Assembly (NCBI GenBank): GCA_030533325.1
Contig: JAUNJJ010000008.1
Span: 9,219-73,218, forward strand
DNA: 64,000 nucleotides
Direction of reading: 5' to 3'
DNA from: Oscillospiraceae bacterium
GTDB taxonomy: Bacteria; Bacillota; Clostridia; Oscillospirales; Ruminococcaceae
Shown: piece after piece, positions 10,612-19,507 of the stretch
Numbering within the stretch: position 1 is the stretch's first letter
Layout of the letters: each line of letters starts with the position of its first letter
Made by a program: the position numbers and the translations under genes
Notes under the pieces: model-generated
Seen by the model: only the letters and a program-made list of their open reading frames with translations
The model's database searches: none
What the model was told of the DNA's origin: nothing

Positions 10612-11697
10612 TTAAGCATTTTCCTGCTCAAATTTTTTCATAAATTCAACGAGCTTTTCAACACCTTCGATTGGCATCGCGTTGTAGATAGAAGCACGCA
10701 TACCGCCTACTGAACGGTGACCCTTGAGGTTTTCAAAACCTGCTTCCTTAGCTTCCTTTACAAACTTAGCGTCCATATCAGCATCGCCTGTGATGAAAGG
10801 AACGTTCATAAGTGATCTGTCAGCACCCTGAACAGTAGCCTTGAAGAGCTTGCTCTGGTCGAGGAAGTTGTAGAGGATTGCAGCCTTCTTTTCGTTGTGA
10901 GCCTTCATAGCCTCGAGACCGCCCATCTTCTTGATCCACTTGAATACCTTGCCGCATACGTAGATGCCGTAGCATGGAGGAGTGTTGTAGAGAGAATCGT
11001 TGTCAGCCTGAACCTTCCAGTTCATCATTGTAGGAGTCTGCTTAAATGCAGGACCGTCAGCGATGAGGTCTTCACGAACGATAACGATCTGTACACCTGA
11101 AGGACCAACGTTCTTCTGTACACCGCCGTAGATAACGCCGTACTTTGTAACATCAACAGGTTCTGAGAGGAAGCATGAGCTTACGTCAGCAACCAGTTCC
11201 TTGCCCTTTGTGTTCGGAAGTTCAGGGAACTTTGTACCATATATAGTATTGTTTTCGCAGATATAAACATAGTCTGCATCTTCCGGAATATCAAGATCTG
11301 AACAGTCAGGGATGTATGAGAAAGTCTTGTCAGCTGAAGAAGCAACTGCAACTGCTTCACCGTACATCTGAGCTTCCTGGTAAGCTTTCTTAGCCCACTG
11401 ACCAGTGATTATGTAGGCTGCCTTTCCGTTTTTCATAAGGTTCATAGGAACGCCTGCGAAGAGGAGTGAGGCACCGCCCTGAAGGAAGATAACCTTATAG
11501 TTATCAGGAATGTTCATGAGATCACGAAGATCCTGTTCAGCTTCCTTGATAATTGTATCGTATACCTTTGAACGATGTGACATTTCCATTACAGACATTC
11601 CGCTGCCCTTGTAGTCGAGCATCTCGTCTGCACATTCTTTTAGAACTTCCTCCGGAAGAACAGCCGGACCTGCACTGAAGTTATAAACTCTGTTCAT
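10612..11697 (-). CDS. serC: Phosphoserine aminotransferase
   Basis: N-terminus NFSAGPAVLPEEVL, typical of SerC, and 361 aa length; forms a serC-serA operon. Confidence 0.9.
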   Translation of the reverse strand: MNRVYNFSAGPAVLPEEVLKECADEMLDYKGSGMSVMEMSHRSKVYDTIIKEAEQDLRDLMNIPDNYKVIFLQGGASLLFAGVPMNLMKNGKAAYIITGQWAKKAYQEAQMYGEAVAVASSADKTFSYIPDCSDLDIPEDADYVYICENNTIYGTKFPELPNTKGKELVADVSSCFLSEPVDVTKYGVIYGGVQKNVGPSGVQIVIVREDLIADGPAFKQTPTMMNWKVQADNDSLYNTPPCYGIYVCGKVFKWIKKMGGLEAMKAHNEKKAAILYNFLDQSKLFKATVQGADRSLMNVPFITGDADMDAKFVKEAKEAGFENLKGHRSVGGMRASIYNAMPIEGVEKLVEFMKKFEQENA

Positions 11698-11963
11698 TTT
11701 AAAATGACCTCCATAAATTTATCTGATGGTAATAATATGAATTAGAACTGTATCAATAAATATATTATAGATATTATATACACATATATTATTATATGCT
11801 TTTTAATCTGATAAGTCAATATTCTGCGGGGAAATTAATATAAAAAGTGTAAATGAGGATATGGTGTGATGTTGTTTATTCTCACAAATATTCAGAGAAT
11901 ACAGAGTTTAAAATGAGCGTGGGAGTGAATTTTACAAAAGAATATATAATTTGAGAATACTTG

Positions 11964-11992
11964 TTGACATTTTGAATGATGGGATGTATAAT
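11964..11992 (+). promoter_or_regulatory. Consensus sigma-A promoter (TTGACA-17-TATAAT) for the dockerin repeat protein
   Basis: TTGACA at 11964-11969, a 17-nt spacer ending in TG, and TATAAT at 11987-11992. Confidence 0.6.
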
Positions 11993-12029
11993 AAATTTTA
12001 TAAAATTATTTAAGGACGGGGGATTAAAA

Positions 12030-14237
12030 ATGAGAAGATTTTTATCAGGGATAGTTTCGCTGTGCATTGTTTCATCAATGATTTCACAGGTATTTGCCGA
12101 AGGTGACATTCTGAAGGGCGATGTTAATGCAGACGGTATTCTTTCGGCGGCGGATATTGTCAGTATGAAAAAATATCTGCTTGGTGTGGATGTACAGACT
12201 GACAGGGAAGCTGCTGACATTAACAGTGACGGTAATATAAACATAATCGATATGATTCGTCTTATAGGAATGTTTACCGGAGAAACAGCTGCTAAACCTT
12301 CAGTTGCTGAAGTCAACAAAAATGCAGGAAATATTTACAGTACGGCGGTTATGGCGGTAAGATATCTTTCCGGTACGGGAGAAACATTTGAAGACGGTAT
12401 TTACACCAGTGATGACAAGTCCGAACTAACCGGTCTTATTGAAAAAAATGCGGATATTCCTTCCGGTATGCGCTGGTGTATTTCTCTGAAAGATTCAGTC
12501 GTAACCGAATGCCTGTGTGAAACAGGGGGAGTTACAGGAGCTTATCCTAATGTAATACCTCAGATGATGAATGCTGATTACGATAAGGTTAAGTTTGAGG
12601 ATCTTATGGATATCTATACAGACTGGAAAACTGCTTATCCGGAATTTATGTCAGGAAATTCTACGCTCAGTGAATATCCGGAGATAAGTACGGCGGAGAT
12701 GAATCAAATAGCCTGCAACATTAATCATGTAGCAGATACATACAGGTTTTATACAGACATTAAGGGAAGCGAGTATTATGAACTTTCTGACAAAACAGGT
12801 TATTTTTCAGATACGGATTTATCAGAAGAATTCAGGGACTTCATATACAGGCTTTCAGGACTTAATCCAGCGAACACAAGATTTATCATATCAGTTAAAG
12901 ACGGCTATACAGAAGGCTGCATCTGTACAGATGCAGCCGGACAGATAACAGGCTCATATCCGAATGCCGTTCCGCAGACCATGAATGTACCTTTTTCGTC
13001 TGAATATGCCGGATTTTCTGATAAGAAAACATTCAACTGGAAAACTGAAATGCCGCAGTTTATATCTGATGATCCAATACAGTCCTCATTGCCGGATTAT
13101 CCGGAAAGATCGGTTTCAGAGTATAATTCAGCGGCCAGAAAGATTTTCAGTGAAGTTCAGTGTATCACTCAGGAACTTGAGGCACAGGGGACGGAGCTTA
13201 AAGACGGGATATACACTCAGGACAGTAAAGAATTTCTGGAACTGTCGATGCCGGAAATGAAATTTGCTGTTTTAATAGAAAACTATATAGTTGAAGCCTG
13301 TATTGTTTCTAATGACGATTTTATACGAAGCGGTGCATATCCGAGCGGTATTCCTCAGAGTATGAATATTCCTTTTGACAGTAAATATCTGAAAGATGCA
13401 TCAGATTCTGACACTGACTGGAAAATGAAATATCCGGAATTTATTTCTGAAGACCCTGTTCAGGCGGCACTTCCTGATTATCCGTTTAAGCCTGTATCGG
13501 AATATAACAGAATTTCAAAAAGTCTGTTTTCAGATATCCAGACTTTATTGTATGAATATGAAACAAAGGGAATAGATGTAAAGAACGGCATTTATACTGA
13601 TGAAGACGAACTGTGCAGTGAATTCAGATCGAGGGAATATCATTTTTCAGTACTTATTGAAGATTATGTTGTAAAAGGTGTAGCTGCCGGATGTGAAAAC
13701 TGTACCGGTACATATCCGAACGCAATGTCGTCCTGTGTTATTATGCCTTTTAATGAAAAACTTGCGGAAAATGCGGCAGAAGATATATTATGGGAAGCTG
13801 AGTATGCAGATTATGTTTCAGGTGACCTTAAACTGATTGCCCCTGAATATTGTTTTTGCTGTCAGCCGTCATCAGTTCTAAATGGTTGTGCGAAAAAACT
13901 TTTTACAGCAGCTCAGACTGCAGCTGTTAATTGTGAAGCACAAGGAATTATAATTGACGGAGTATACAGCAGCAGTGATTCAAATGAGTATGTTGGCATG
14001 GTGAAGAGTTATTTATCTGATAAGTGCGACTGGAGTGTAAAGGTTGAGAATAATTATCTTGTCGGGGCGTGCGTAAAAGATAAAAACAGCAGCAACATGG
14101 GTGCTTACCCTAATAAGGTGCCTAATCATCTTAGCGTTGAGTATAAAGGATACAATGAACTCTGCGAGAAAGATGCTGACAATGAAAAATGGAATGAAAC
14201 CGGACGCGAATGGTTCTGGTATGATTTTATACGGTAA
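12030..14237 (+). CDS. Secreted N-terminal-dockerin protein made of five ~125-aa repeats of an uncharacterised Cys-containing domain
   Basis: GGGGGA ribosome binding site and ATG at 12030 (MRRFLSG... signal peptide); dockerin loops DVNADGILSAADI / DINSDGNINIIDM; five repeats each carrying DG(I/V)YT...G(A/S/T)YPN(A/V)(V/I)PQ and paired Cys. The ORF-track start at 11976 is less likely. Confidence 0.75.
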   Translation: MRRFLSGIVSLCIVSSMISQVFAEGDILKGDVNADGILSAADIVSMKKYLLGVDVQTDREAADINSDGNINIIDMIRLIGMFTGETAAKPSVAEVNKNAGNIYSTAVMAVRYLSGTGETFEDGIYTSDDKSELTGLIEKNADIPSGMRWCISLKDSVVTECLCETGGVTGAYPNVIPQMMNADYDKVKFEDLMDIYTDWKTAYPEFMSGNSTLSEYPEISTAEMNQIACNINHVADTYRFYTDIKGSEYYELSDKTGYFSDTDLSEEFRDFIYRLSGLNPANTRFIISVKDGYTEGCICTDAAGQITGSYPNAVPQTMNVPFSSEYAGFSDKKTFNWKTEMPQFISDDPIQSSLPDYPERSVSEYNSAARKIFSEVQCITQELEAQGTELKDGIYTQDSKEFLELSMPEMKFAVLIENYIVEACIVSNDDFIRSGAYPSGIPQSMNIPFDSKYLKDASDSDTDWKMKYPEFISEDPVQAALPDYPFKPVSEYNRISKSLFSDIQTLLYEYETKGIDVKNGIYTDEDELCSEFRSREYHFSVLIEDYVVKGVAAGCENCTGTYPNAMSSCVIMPFNEKLAENAAEDILWEAEYADYVSGDLKLIAPEYCFCCQPSSVLNGCAKKLFTAAQTAAVNCEAQGIIIDGVYSSSDSNEYVGMVKSYLSDKCDWSVKVENNYLVGACVKDKNSSNMGAYPNKVPNHLSVEYKGYNELCEKDADNEKWNETGREWFWYDFIR

Positions 14238-14345
14238 ATGTAGAACCATGGATTGATAAATTCGTTAATAAATACAATGAAAAAGGTGAAAAATTAACAA
14301 TCAACGCTCTGACTAATTATTAACATATAAAAGGTGAGCTTTAAA

Positions 14346-15185
14346 ATGAAATCGAAAAAAAAATATATAATAGGAGTTATTCTGTTATTCATTAGTTTGA
14401 TTGTTTATTTTGGTTATCTGTATAATTTCACAGGTTGTATAGTAACACCCAAATATATATATTCATCTGATTATAACGACGAGCATTATGATATAAAACA
14501 GAAGGTAGAAATAGACAGTGTAAGTTCTATTGAGATAACGAGTTCGGATTATAAGTCAACTCTAAGTAACTTAAAGTATTGTAACAACTTATCAAAACTC
14601 ATACTTTACACTTATGATTGTTATGACAATATGAATTTTTTAAGTGACCTAAAGTATATTGAGTTTCTAACCACCACATGTAAATCTAAAAGTTGGGATG
14701 GAATAAGTGGATGTACAAAATTAAAGTCGATAACTATGTTTTCGTCTGATTTTTCAGATTTAAATCTTCTTTCAGGTTTTTCTGAACTTTCAGAGCTGAA
14801 AATAGAATCTGAAAAGCAGATGAAATATGGCGGTTTAGATACTTTAACATCTTTGGAAAAACTTGTTCTTGCAGTCCAAAATGCTGATTTAAAAGAAATT
14901 TCAAAGGCTCCGAAAATAAATGAATTAGAGTTTCACTGCTTAAAAGACACTTCAAATATAAGCTATATATCTGAAATGGAAAATTTGAATTTTATATTTT
15001 TTGGTGCATGCGATATAGATGAAGAGATGCTGATGGAGCTGTCTGAGATACAAAAATTAAAAGAATTAAATTTTTATCGTTGCAAGTTTGACTTTGACGA
15101 AGATACTTTTATAAAATATCTAAATGATATTACCTCTAAAAATATAATTGTTAAATATGAAAAAAATGAATATTTATCAAAATAG
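14346..15185 (+). CDS. Membrane-anchored LRR-like protein (paralogue of 18390..19226)
   Basis: N-terminal transmembrane helix then a leucine-rich repeat-like domain (LSDLKYIEFL.., W-DGISGC, LSELKIES..). ATG at 14346 with AAGGTGAG ribosome binding site; shares an architecture and motifs with the gene downstream of toxin-like copy A. Confidence 0.65.
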   Translation: MKSKKKYIIGVILLFISLIVYFGYLYNFTGCIVTPKYIYSSDYNDEHYDIKQKVEIDSVSSIEITSSDYKSTLSNLKYCNNLSKLILYTYDCYDNMNFLSDLKYIEFLTTTCKSKSWDGISGCTKLKSITMFSSDFSDLNLLSGFSELSELKIESEKQMKYGGLDTLTSLEKLVLAVQNADLKEISKAPKINELEFHCLKDTSNISYISEMENLNFIFFGACDIDEEMLMELSEIQKLKELNFYRCKFDFDEDTFIKYLNDITSKNIIVKYEKNEYLSK

Positions 15186-15187
15186 GA

Positions 15188-15290
15188 TCTTCTGTACATT
15201 TGGTCGATTGTAAACTGTATTTATTCTATGTTTCGCTTGGAAACAAATTTCATTGAATGTGACGTTGTTGCAGAGAGGCAGTTGATGTCT
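15188..15290. repeat. Conserved ~100-bp cassette-tail element (copy 1 of 2; other copy 22565..22667)
   Basis: ctg(t/c)acatttggtcgattgtaaactgtattta..ttgttgcagagaggcagttgatgt is shared immediately after the stop of two different downstream genes. Confidence 0.7.
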
Positions 15291-15536
15291 GCACAGGCAA
15301 TCAGCCTATCACTTTCGCTCCTGCTGTAAAGTGGCTTTATCTGCATAAACGCTGATGACTCTCAAATCTCAAAATAAAAGAATTTTTTTCTGATATTCAT
15401 ATCAGTATATCAAAGTCATTAAAACTACATGTTTTAGCGGATTAGTGCTAAAAAATATTGCAAAGAAGCAATAAAACTATCTAATTCATCTTAATTTTCC
15501 AAATATATATGGATGAATCACTGAACAAATAACAAA

Positions 15537-15582
15537 CAATCCCACCAAAACTGAGTTTTCAGAATCCGGTGGGATTGTTTTT
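15537..15582 (+). terminator. Shared hairpin terminator element (copy 1 of 4)
   Basis: caatcccacc-N21-ggtgggattg followed by TTTTT. The same element is at 19524..19569 and 22678..22724, with a right-half copy at 24458..24482. Confidence 0.7.
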
Positions 15583-15601
15583 ATTTAATATAAAGTAATA
15601 A

Positions 15602-15630
15602 TTGACAAATAAATCATTCTGATGTATAAT
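15602..15630 (+). promoter_or_regulatory. Perfect consensus sigma-A promoter of toxin-like cassette A
   Basis: TTGACA at 15602-15607, a 17-nt spacer ending in TG, and TATAAT at 15625-15630. Followed by GAAAGGAAG ribosome binding site (15647-15655) and ATG 15662. Confidence 0.7.
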
Positions 15631-15648
15631 ACTTTTATCAAACATTGA

Positions 15649-18360
15649 AAGGAAGTAGAAGATGACAACGGTATTTCCGATAACGGTGAAATTAAACTTG
15701 GACTTGATCCGCTGAAAATAAAATCAGACGGAAAAACTTCTGATGCAGAGAGAATATTTGAACAGAAGTTAGATACAGACAGTGAAACATTCAGAGTAAT
15801 AAACAGTGAAGAAAATCCATATAGATTATCAGTATCTGCGAAAGCATCCGGATATATAGGTGAATCTGTTAATGCAAACATAAGTTCATATTCAAATTAT
15901 CTTCAGAATGAGGCAGTTGCAGGTGATATAATTGATATCGACTATGCGGATTCTTTTAAAATTGAAACACTGACAATAAGCTTTACTGTTTCTGAGAATG
16001 CAGCAGATTATTACATATTCAGATATTTTGAGGATGTAAATATGCTTCTGCCGGTTGAAACCCAGTATGACGGAAACAGGGTATATACTGAGGCTGCAGA
16101 AGACGGAACGTACTGTATTGTTGACATGGATAAGTGGATTGAAAATACGGCTGAAACAACAGAGGTACAAAGTGCAGGTGATGTTTATAATGCAGTTTAT
16201 GCATCATCTGAAGCAAAATCGCTTGAAAGTCTGGAAGTATATTTTCTTATGTATATCAGAAGTTCAAGCATTGACAGTGCAAGAAGTTCTGTAGCAAATG
16301 CTTCAAGAGCAATTATTGACTACTGTAACAGTACCGGCAGAGATGTGAGACTGTATTTTGCTGGATATACTGGTGCAACAGCAGTATCAAATGAAACAGG
16401 AAACTCATATGCAGACAATGCATCAACAGATGAAGAAATTCAGGAAATGCTAAGCGGAACAGATTCGGCAACAGGTTCGCTTGACACTACAAATTTTGAC
16501 TATTCTCTTACACGTGCATTAAAGAAGAGTCTTCTCGAGATATCCGGAACCAATGAAAACAGTAAGAAGTACTGTTTTGTAGTAGATGTGAATTTTGAAC
16601 CGAAAAGTGCATCGAATGTTGCAGTTGTGGATGAGATGAAGAGTTATGGTGTCGATTTCAGTTTTATATGTAATGACCATAACAGTAATATTGTAAATTA
16701 TGAAAGTCTTTCTTCAGATGGCACGCATATAAGATGGACTCCGGATTTTTCTGAGGTTATTACTGATAAAGTTTTAGGTGCTGTAGTAACATACAACGTA
16801 AATACAGGCTTATGTAATAAAATTCCGTATAACGAGGCTTTAATAACATCAGAATGGAAAGATATCTATGAAAAATTCTATTCCGGAAAGCTTTCAATCG
16901 ATGAGATAAAGAAATTGGGACTGCCGGATACAGATGGAGACGGAAATCCGGACTGTCTTGAAATTTTCATGAAATATATTAGTTTTGATGAGAATGGAAA
17001 TATAATACTGCCTGCATACGACGAGCTTGCGAGAGATACTATGGGAAACAGCAGGTTTGGATTAAAGGGACTGGATGAATTAGTCAGTATCATGAAGAAA
17101 AAAGGAATGAACATCAGTGATTTACGCATTCTTCCGTTAATATCAAATCCTGCGTTTGAAGACAGTGATTTTGATGGAATACCGGATAGTACAGATAAAA
17201 GACCTTCTGAAGAAGATATTATCAGTGTTGATGATAATATTATAGACGACAGCAGAGTGTTCGAAAGTGATTATAAAACCATAAGTAATAATGCTGTTGA
17301 TGGAAATGGCATTGCATCATCACACAGCGGAGACAAAAAGAACAATATTATTAAGTATGCAAGACTTATACGTGCGGACGGAAAAGCAACTTCAAAATTT
17401 TATATTGAGCCTGACAATAACAGTGATTATCTTATAACAGTTGACACAGGAAAGTATGATGATTGTCAGATAAAGGTGTCTTATGAAAAGGGAATAATAT
17501 TCAAGAAGGATGTAGCTGTTTCAGATATTGAACTGGATGAAGGAATCGAAGAAAAAGAGCAGAACGGAAACGTTATGCATAACAGAAAAGCGTATTCACT
17601 GGAAAAAGGGAAAAAATATAAGGTAATTGTAACGATAGCATCAACAGATTTTGCAGCTAATAACTATAGTGTTTCTTTTGAGCAGAATAACTGGGTTTAT
17701 GCACCTAATGGCGGATATGACTTCACAAAGATAAATAATTTTATGCAGACAGAAACTGTTTATACCGATGGTAATAGTCTTTTCAACATGCTGAAGGAAG
17801 CTGTTGAAAAATTAAAAGGTCCAAATGAAATAAAGGCAGATTCATTAAATGATTATCTTGAAGGTAAAAACAATGATCAATTGCAGTATGTTGCTGAAAA
17901 GAATGCAGAAACATTATTGGATTTTCATAAATTTACGGATTCAGATTTAGAAAAAATAGTAGGTGATATAGGGAATGCTGCTTCTCTTACTGGATTAAGT
18001 TCTTGTATGTTCTTGTATTTGGCACAGGATTCCGAATCAATGGCAATTTTAGCATTGTTAAATGGAATTGGTAATGGTTCCACTATTATTGGAGGAATTA
18101 CAGCTATATATGCCATAGTATCTGCAAATTCAAGTAGTAGTGAACAGCTTCTTGGTAATGCATTATATGAAGGTAGATATAATATCGCTACACACACAAC
18201 AAAGTCTACCTATAGTGAGATTGAGAGAGATTTTAGTACAACAGTGGTGACATATTCCGGATGGAGTGAATCTCATTTTATTAATCGATATAATACCGAT
18301 AATACAAGAAAAACAATAGTTGTTTATTTCGAAGGATTAAATCAAACTGTTATAAAGTGA
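15649..18360 (+). CDS. Polymorphic-toxin-like large protein, copy A (conserved N-terminal ~690 aa plus unique C-terminal ~215 aa); start codon unresolved
   Basis: The reading frame is open from the stop at 15646-48 to 18360 and coding-like throughout. EF-hand/TSP3-like Ca loops (DTDGDGNPDCLE, DSDFDGIPDSTD). The C-terminal domain has a Gly-zipper hydrophobic segment (GIGNGSTIIGGITAIYAIV). First in-frame ATG is 16042, which has a GAGGA ribosome binding site. The ATG at 15662 with a strong ribosome binding site is in the +1 frame and stops after 17 codons. Confidence 0.7.
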   Translation, partial: KEVEDDNGISDNGEIKLGLDPLKIKSDGKTSDAERIFEQKLDTDSETFRVINSEENPYRLSVSAKASGYIGESVNANISSYSNYLQNEAVAGDIIDIDYADSFKIETLTISFTVSENAADYYIFRYFEDVNMLLPVETQYDGNRVYTEAAEDGTYCIVDMDKWIENTAETTEVQSAGDVYNAVYASSEAKSLESLEVYFLMYIRSSSIDSARSSVANASRAIIDYCNSTGRDVRLYFAGYTGATAVSNETGNSYADNASTDEEIQEMLSGTDSATGSLDTTNFDYSLTRALKKSLLEISGTNENSKKYCFVVDVNFEPKSASNVAVVDEMKSYGVDFSFICNDHNSNIVNYESLSSDGTHIRWTPDFSEVITDKVLGAVVTYNVNTGLCNKIPYNEALITSEWKDIYEKFYSGKLSIDEIKKLGLPDTDGDGNPDCLEIFMKYISFDENGNIILPAYDELARDTMGNSRFGLKGLDELVSIMKKKGMNISDLRILPLISNPAFEDSDFDGIPDSTDKRPSEEDIISVDDNIIDDSRVFESDYKTISNNAVDGNGIASSHSGDKKNNIIKYARLIRADGKATSKFYIEPDNNSDYLITVDTGKYDDCQIKVSYEKGIIFKKDVAVSDIELDEGIEEKEQNGNVMHNRKAYSLEKGKKYKVIVTIASTDFAANNYSVSFEQNNWVYAPNGGYDFTKINNFMQTETVYTDGNSLFNMLKEAVEKLKGPNEIKADSLNDYLEGKNNDQLQYVAEKNAETLLDFHKFTDSDLEKIVGDIGNAASLTGLSSCMFLYLAQDSESMAILALLNGIGNGSTIIGGITAIYAIVSANSSSSEQLLGNALYEGRYNIATHTTKSTYSEIERDFSTTVVTYSGWSESHFINRYNTDNTRKTIVVYFEGLNQTVIK

Positions 18361-18389
18361 CGAAATATCAAAGAATTGGGCGTAGAGAT

Positions 18390-19226
18390 ATGAAAACAGA
18401 AAAAATATTTAAAATACTTTTTTTCCCTTTTCTCGCTGTAGTTGTATACATGGTAATATGGCTTGTAAAAGGGCAACCGTTATTAACCAAAGTGGGTAAT
18501 ACATGGATGTGCACATACTCCAGTTATCTGGATTTTGATGATGATAATCTTAAAGAGTCAGATATACAGAAAATTCAGCGATTTGAATGGGTTGAAAAAT
18601 TTAACGGGTCCTTTTGGAATGTAAATAATTTGGAATGTATCAGAAATATGAAGAATTTAAAAACAATTCTTATTAGCATTTACAAACCCAATAATATTAT
18701 TGACTGGACTGGCATATCCAATTGTTCTAATATTGAAGATGTTTATATAAGTGGCGGTGAATTATCGGATTTATCTTCTTTTGTAGGTTTGAAAAAACTA
18801 AAATCTCTGGCACTTGAATGGGGACGTGAAGGTGCAGAAATAGATATACAGAAAATATCAGAGCTGACTTCTCTTGAATACCTTATAATTGAAGGTTATA
18901 CTATAAAGAATGTTGAAGCACTTAGTGATGTTTCAACATTGAAATCGATAATAATAAAGGGAAGAGCAGAGGATATTGTATCTTCATGTCCTGCTGATAA
19001 TTTAGAAATATTATGTTACAAGGCATATAGTGAATCTGAATTTGAAGCATCAGATTTTTTGAGATTTGAAAATCTAAAAAAATTATCTGTTACTGGTGCA
19101 TACATTAACAATATAGAGAATATTGTTGATATGAAAAATCTAGAAGAAATATCGGTAGATGGAGAACTGTATTCTGATGATGAGTTGTCTGTTTTGGAAA
19201 GTAATGGGATGTATGTTAACAGATAG
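18390..19226 (+). CDS. Membrane-anchored LRR-like protein, candidate cognate immunity/partner of copy A
   Basis: Starts 30 nt after the toxin-like stop (alternative GTG at 18357 overlaps that stop). N-terminal transmembrane helix plus LRR-like repeats (WTGISNCSNIEDVYISGGELSDLSSFVGLKKLKSLAL); paralogous to 14346..15185. Confidence 0.65.
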   Translation: MKTEKIFKILFFPFLAVVVYMVIWLVKGQPLLTKVGNTWMCTYSSYLDFDDDNLKESDIQKIQRFEWVEKFNGSFWNVNNLECIRNMKNLKTILISIYKPNNIIDWTGISNCSNIEDVYISGGELSDLSSFVGLKKLKSLALEWGREGAEIDIQKISELTSLEYLIIEGYTIKNVEALSDVSTLKSIIIKGRAEDIVSSCPADNLEILCYKAYSESEFEASDFLRFENLKKLSVTGAYINNIENIVDMKNLEEISVDGELYSDDELSVLESNGMYVNR

Positions 19227-19294
19227 ATGAACTGTTTTAGAAAATATATAAACAAATTTCAATTAATAAGTTGTCAAACGACCAATCGAATAAC

Positions 19295-19339
19295 AAAAGC
19301 CTGTCAAATAACGTATTTACGTTAATTGACAGGCTTTTG
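19295..19339 (+). terminator. Intrinsic terminator after LRR gene 2
   Basis: aaaagcctgtcaa...ttgacaggctttt hairpin with T-run. Confidence 0.6.
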
Positions 19340-19341
19340 TT

Positions 19342-19393
19342 ATCATATTAAATTCAGATTTGCAACAGGATATCCAATCCTTGTGGAATTCAG
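19342..19393. repeat. 52-bp dispersed element (second copy at 25563..25614, upstream of the Fic gene)
   Basis: atcatattaaattcagatttgcaacaggatatccaatccttgtggaattcag is present identically at both sites. Confidence 0.8.
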
Positions 19394-19507
19394 AGACAGA
19401 TATAAATTACAGTCAAACCATGACAGCGGAGTCGGAAGATATGATGTTATGCTTATACTGAAAATGCAAATGAAGGCAAGGAGGTACTTGTCGGGAGTGC
19501 ATAACAG

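Larger units (their letters stand above)
15521..17714 (+). repeat. 2.19-kb tandem duplication block A (near-identical to 19508..21701; unit offset 3987 bp)
   Basis: Direct comparison of the two stretches: hairpin terminator, promoter, ribosome binding site and the first ~690 codons are identical except for a handful of SNPs. Identity ends abruptly after ...NNW(V)(Y/H)APNGG. Confidence 0.95.

Noticed and set aside
15585-16216. Minus-strand ORFs 15585..15881, 15892..16170, 16019..16216 (and twins at 19572..20203) from the ORF track
   Set aside because: They lie antisense to the promoter, ribosome binding site and 5' coding part of the toxin-like genes. The + strand frame is far longer and protein-like, and these are duplicated only because the whole block is duplicated.
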